A stretch of DNA of 64,000 bases from a virus (Duplodnaviria; Heunggongvirae; Uroviricota; Caudoviricetes), in IMG/VR virus record IMGVR_UViG_3300047469_000094; one strand, given 5' to 3'. The position numbers were made by a program, and so were the translations under genes. Shown piece by piece: positions 61,477-64,000 of the stretch. Position 1 is the stretch's first letter, and every line of letters starts with the position of its first letter. The notes beneath the pieces were generated by a model. It was not told the origin of the DNA. It ran no database searches and worked only from the letters and a program-made list of their open reading frames with translations.

Positions 61477-63080
61477 TTCTCCTTAATAGAATCCAACATC
61501 CACCTAGGGAACTTCGACTTATTCTTACGGATGAACTTAGGGAAACGATCATCCATCAGAACGGTTACTCCGAAGTCTTTTTCACTGCGGTTGATACGAC
61601 CCGTCTGCTGACCGAATGTGATCATTGCTTGATAGTTATACCAGGGAAAGTCCTTTTTCATCTTCATGCTGATGAACTCGTCCCCGGCGTTCATGTACGG
61701 AATACGAAGGATTACCTGGAATCTAGCACGGTCGAACTTGAAGTCCACCCCTTCCTGACACGTCGGTGAAACATAGACCGCGTTGTCTGTCCGAGCATAG
61801 AACTCTGCAAGCCTCTGTGCCGAGTCCTCAGGCGAGTGAGTCATCAGTCTTGGGTCACGCATGGCTTGCATGAGATCGAAGGCTGCACGATACGAGGGAG
61901 CGTGGATGAGGCCTTTAACGTCAGAGAAGATGGCCATGACAGCCTTGAGCTTCTCAACCAGTTCAGGAAGGTTATCAACCCAACCTTTGTGACTGGTATC
62001 GACCATGTACTGCGGCTTCATGATGATCGGACGACTCTCTACCGGGAACGTAGAACCGATGCGGATGAAGTACGTAGTTTCCGGATTGATGCCCCGATCA
62101 CGGCAGAACATGTTCTTGTCGTAGATCGTACCGGACATAATGACGTTGATCTCACCACCGTCGTACAGAAGCTTCTGTGGAAGACCACCCAATTTCTCAG
62201 GCGTCAGCTCGAACTTGGTAGCTCCGAGGTTCCCATACTCTTCTGCCTGGACCGAGAAGTTGCTCCACATCTGAGGGAAATCATTCGTCATGGTCTCCAG
62301 CTTCATGATGCGGTCTGCGTACTTCTTCTGCTCTTCTTCGTCTTTCGGAACGAAGCGGTCTTCAGTGAAGTAGCTCAGCCAATCACTGATATCCTCGAAG
62401 TTCTCCCACCTTGCACGTTCTTGGTCGGAGCCCAGCATACCCGGGACAGTAACCGAGAACTTAGCGAAGTCACGAAGGATACCTTCGATGCGGTGACCTT
62501 CGTCAATGATCATCATCTTGCGTTGACCGAACCGACCACCGAAGTGAGTCTGGTAGATGTACGAATGCAAGTTATGAATGATGATATCGTTATTGGAAGC
62601 AGTCTCGATTGCCACGGTGTACGGGCAAGGAGTAGTCTCAGTCTCGCCATCGAAGCCTGTGCATTTCTCGTAGTTCTCCTTGGAGTCTTTGCACGGACCT
62701 TGGCCGCAGTTACGAGTAGTACGCTCAACGTGGATCAACTCACCCTTGGCGATGGTCTGGCGAATAGCCTTGGCATCAGCAGGGGTTTCGTAGAACACGC
62801 ATGGGTAAGACGACCGGCCTTTCATTAGGACTGCGTACATGTTGAAGTCATCGTGATACTGGTTCTGCAACGACTTCATAGGGGTAAGGATGTGAGCGGA
62901 CTTCGACCACCGTGCGAGGGCTAAAGCAATGCCTGATTTACCAGAACCAACAGGAGCCTCGATCAGGATAGTTTTGTATCCAGCCTTGATCGCAGCTTCT
63001 GCTTCATTGATTACGGAGACCTGTCCACCGCGAGGTGAATCCAACGGCGGTGAAGGGAAGTAACTGAGAATGTCTGACAC
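61473..63080 (-). CDS. DinG/Rad3 (XPD)-family Fe-S helicase
   Basis: Walker A APVGSGKS, DEAH-type IDEGHR, four-Cys cluster between motifs I and II (C..C..C..C). Confidence 0.8.
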   Translation of the reverse strand: MSDILSYFPSPPLDSPRGGQVSVINEAEAAIKAGYKTILIEAPVGSGKSGIALALARWSKSAHILTPMKSLQNQYHDDFNMYAVLMKGRSSYPCVFYETPADAKAIRQTIAKGELIHVERTTRNCGQGPCKDSKENYEKCTGFDGETETTPCPYTVAIETASNNDIIIHNLHSYIYQTHFGGRFGQRKMMIIDEGHRIEGILRDFAKFSVTVPGMLGSDQERARWENFEDISDWLSYFTEDRFVPKDEEEQKKYADRIMKLETMTNDFPQMWSNFSVQAEEYGNLGATKFELTPEKLGGLPQKLLYDGGEINVIMSGTIYDKNMFCRDRGINPETTYFIRIGSTFPVESRPIIMKPQYMVDTSHKGWVDNLPELVEKLKAVMAIFSDVKGLIHAPSYRAAFDLMQAMRDPRLMTHSPEDSAQRLAEFYARTDNAVYVSPTCQEGVDFKFDRARFQVILRIPYMNAGDEFISMKMKKDFPWYNYQAMITFGQQTGRINRSEKDFGVTVLMDDRFPKFIRKNKSKFPRWMLDSIKEK

Positions 63081-63258
63081 TCTGTGCTCCTTTTCTCAGG
63101 TGGACTAAAGCTGAAGCCCCGCTTTTGGCGAGGCTGGAGCAGTGTTTGTTTAGTACAGTCCAGACGTGCATTAATTCTGCACCAATCTACCTTTATTGTT
63201 CAAAGGTCAAAGGTCTGAGTTGTACTGGGTATTGCGAGGAGGAGATAGTATGCATCTC

Positions 63259-63267
63259 CTACGTAGT
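63259..63267 (-). promoter_or_regulatory. extended -10-like promoter element (minus strand TGGTATAAG)
   Basis: Upstream of helicase operon start (63080). Confidence 0.35.
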
Positions 63268-63286
63268 TCTTATACCAAAACTACGC

Positions 63287-63505
63287 CTAGTGAATGACCT
63301 CCCACGACTCGGCAGTGAAGTCTTCCACTTTGACGTGGACCTCACGACCCTGAATCGGGGACAGCTCAAGAAGAGAATCGTTGCGACCCATAACCCAAAA
63401 AGACTGGCCAGTGTTCTTGTTCTTTACTACCTTAGCTTTCATGCCAATACTTTGAACAACGGTATGCTTTACACCGTTGGAGCTAACTACATTGAGTCCC
63501 ATCAA
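63287..63505 (-). CDS. hypothetical small protein
   Basis: 72-aa ORF. Confidence 0.45.
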   Translation of the reverse strand: MMGLNVVSSNGVKHTVVQSIGMKAKVVKNKNTGQSFWVMGRNDSLLELSPIQGREVHVKVEDFTAESWEVIH

Positions 63506-63564
63506 TCACCTATAAGTCACAGAAAGAAAGGCCCAGTTTCCCGGGCGTTTTAGTCTTCACATTA

Positions 63565-63573
63565 CTTATACCA
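63565..63573 (-). promoter_or_regulatory. extended -10-like promoter element (minus strand TGGTATAAG)
   Basis: Immediately upstream of 63287..63505. Confidence 0.35.
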
Positions 63574-63952
63574 AGAAGCTGTGTTTCAATGAACGCAACA
63601 TTGCCTCAGGATCACCGTCTACGTTCTGTACTTCAACCTCGTAGATGTCGAAACCTTCCAGAGCGTTCTCGCTTACATGACCGGAGGTAGAGTCATCTTC
63701 CACCTCCCGAACGATCTTCACGCAGTCGAACTGGACTTCGTCATCGAAGTTACTATCCATGGAGTATTCCAGCAAAGCGGAGTATTCATGGGGGAAACGC
63801 ATATCAGGAATGCAGTAGTCCGTATCGCGGTTAGCGTCCAGGAATGCAACAAGCTTATCCGACCAGTACGTAGGGCCATTCTTTACTTGGCGGTACTCAG
63901 TGCCCCAGATTTGGAGAATCTTGCGAGGGGAGTTAGGGGAGGTATCGTCCAT
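63566..63952 (-). CDS. hypothetical acidic protein
   Basis: 128-aa ORF. Confidence 0.5.
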   Translation of the reverse strand: MDDTSPNSPRKILQIWGTEYRQVKNGPTYWSDKLVAFLDANRDTDYCIPDMRFPHEYSALLEYSMDSNFDDEVQFDCVKIVREVEDDSTSGHVSENALEGFDIYEVEVQNVDGDPEAMLRSLKHSFLV

Positions 63953-64000
63953 GCCAAGATCCTGACAGGTCTGGATGAAGTCAACGTCCTGACACTTGGA

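Overview
The window reads as one arm of a large, tRNA-bearing, virulent-type dsDNA phage genome of about 50% GC, with almost all genes on the minus strand. Two plus-strand islands break this: 13442-17008 (PhoH-like ATPase, membrane protein, SNF2-type helicase, PL7-type alginate-lyase-like protein) and 58584-59351 (a sigma-70-family factor).

Recognisable functions:
- Replication and recombination: a family-A DNA polymerase split into two ORFs about 3.4 kb apart (UDG-like domain plus Exo I/II at 36172-37530; Exo III plus polymerase motifs A-C at 30938-32602), a DnaG-type primase fused to a P-loop helicase, a DinG/XPD-like Fe-S helicase, a Cas4/RecB-like nuclease and a RuvC-like resolvase.
- NAD(+) supply: a NAMPT-like phosphoribosyltransferase immediately next to a Prs-like pyrophosphokinase, plus a macro-domain protein elsewhere.
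- Host takeover and regulation: an SspB-like ClpXP adaptor, a Ser/Thr phosphatase, a metallophosphoesterase, an SPFH protein, and Arc-like and XRE-like regulators.
- RNA genes: five canonical tRNAs on the minus strand (Gly-TCC, Ser-TGA, Asn-GTT, Tyr-GTA, Leu-TAG) and one degenerate tRNA-like element.

The most unusual locus is at the window start. A clear Ro60/Rsr ortholog (TROVE domain plus vWA) is followed by an ORF-free ~850 bp stretch. That stretch carries three tRNA-like modules in which the T-arm, a loop-closed acceptor-like helix and the D-arm occur in permuted order. This is the architecture expected of bacterial Y-RNA-like (YrlA-type) RNAs that partner with Rsr.

Other notable signals:
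- About 30 small ORFs in five tandem arrays share an N-terminal (E/D/K)F(L/M)xR(L/F)...GG motif.
- An iteron-rich, AT-centred, palindromic candidate origin lies at 37861-38520.
- An extended -10 motif, TGGTATAA(G/C), recurs more than 20 times on the minus strand.
- A 2OG-Fe(II)-oxygenase-like gene carries an in-frame amber codon.

The sequence was read by eye and only partly re-checked, so coordinates of my own features (tRNAs, promoters, terminators, small ORFs) may be off by 1-2 nt. Features that use ORF-track boundaries are exact.
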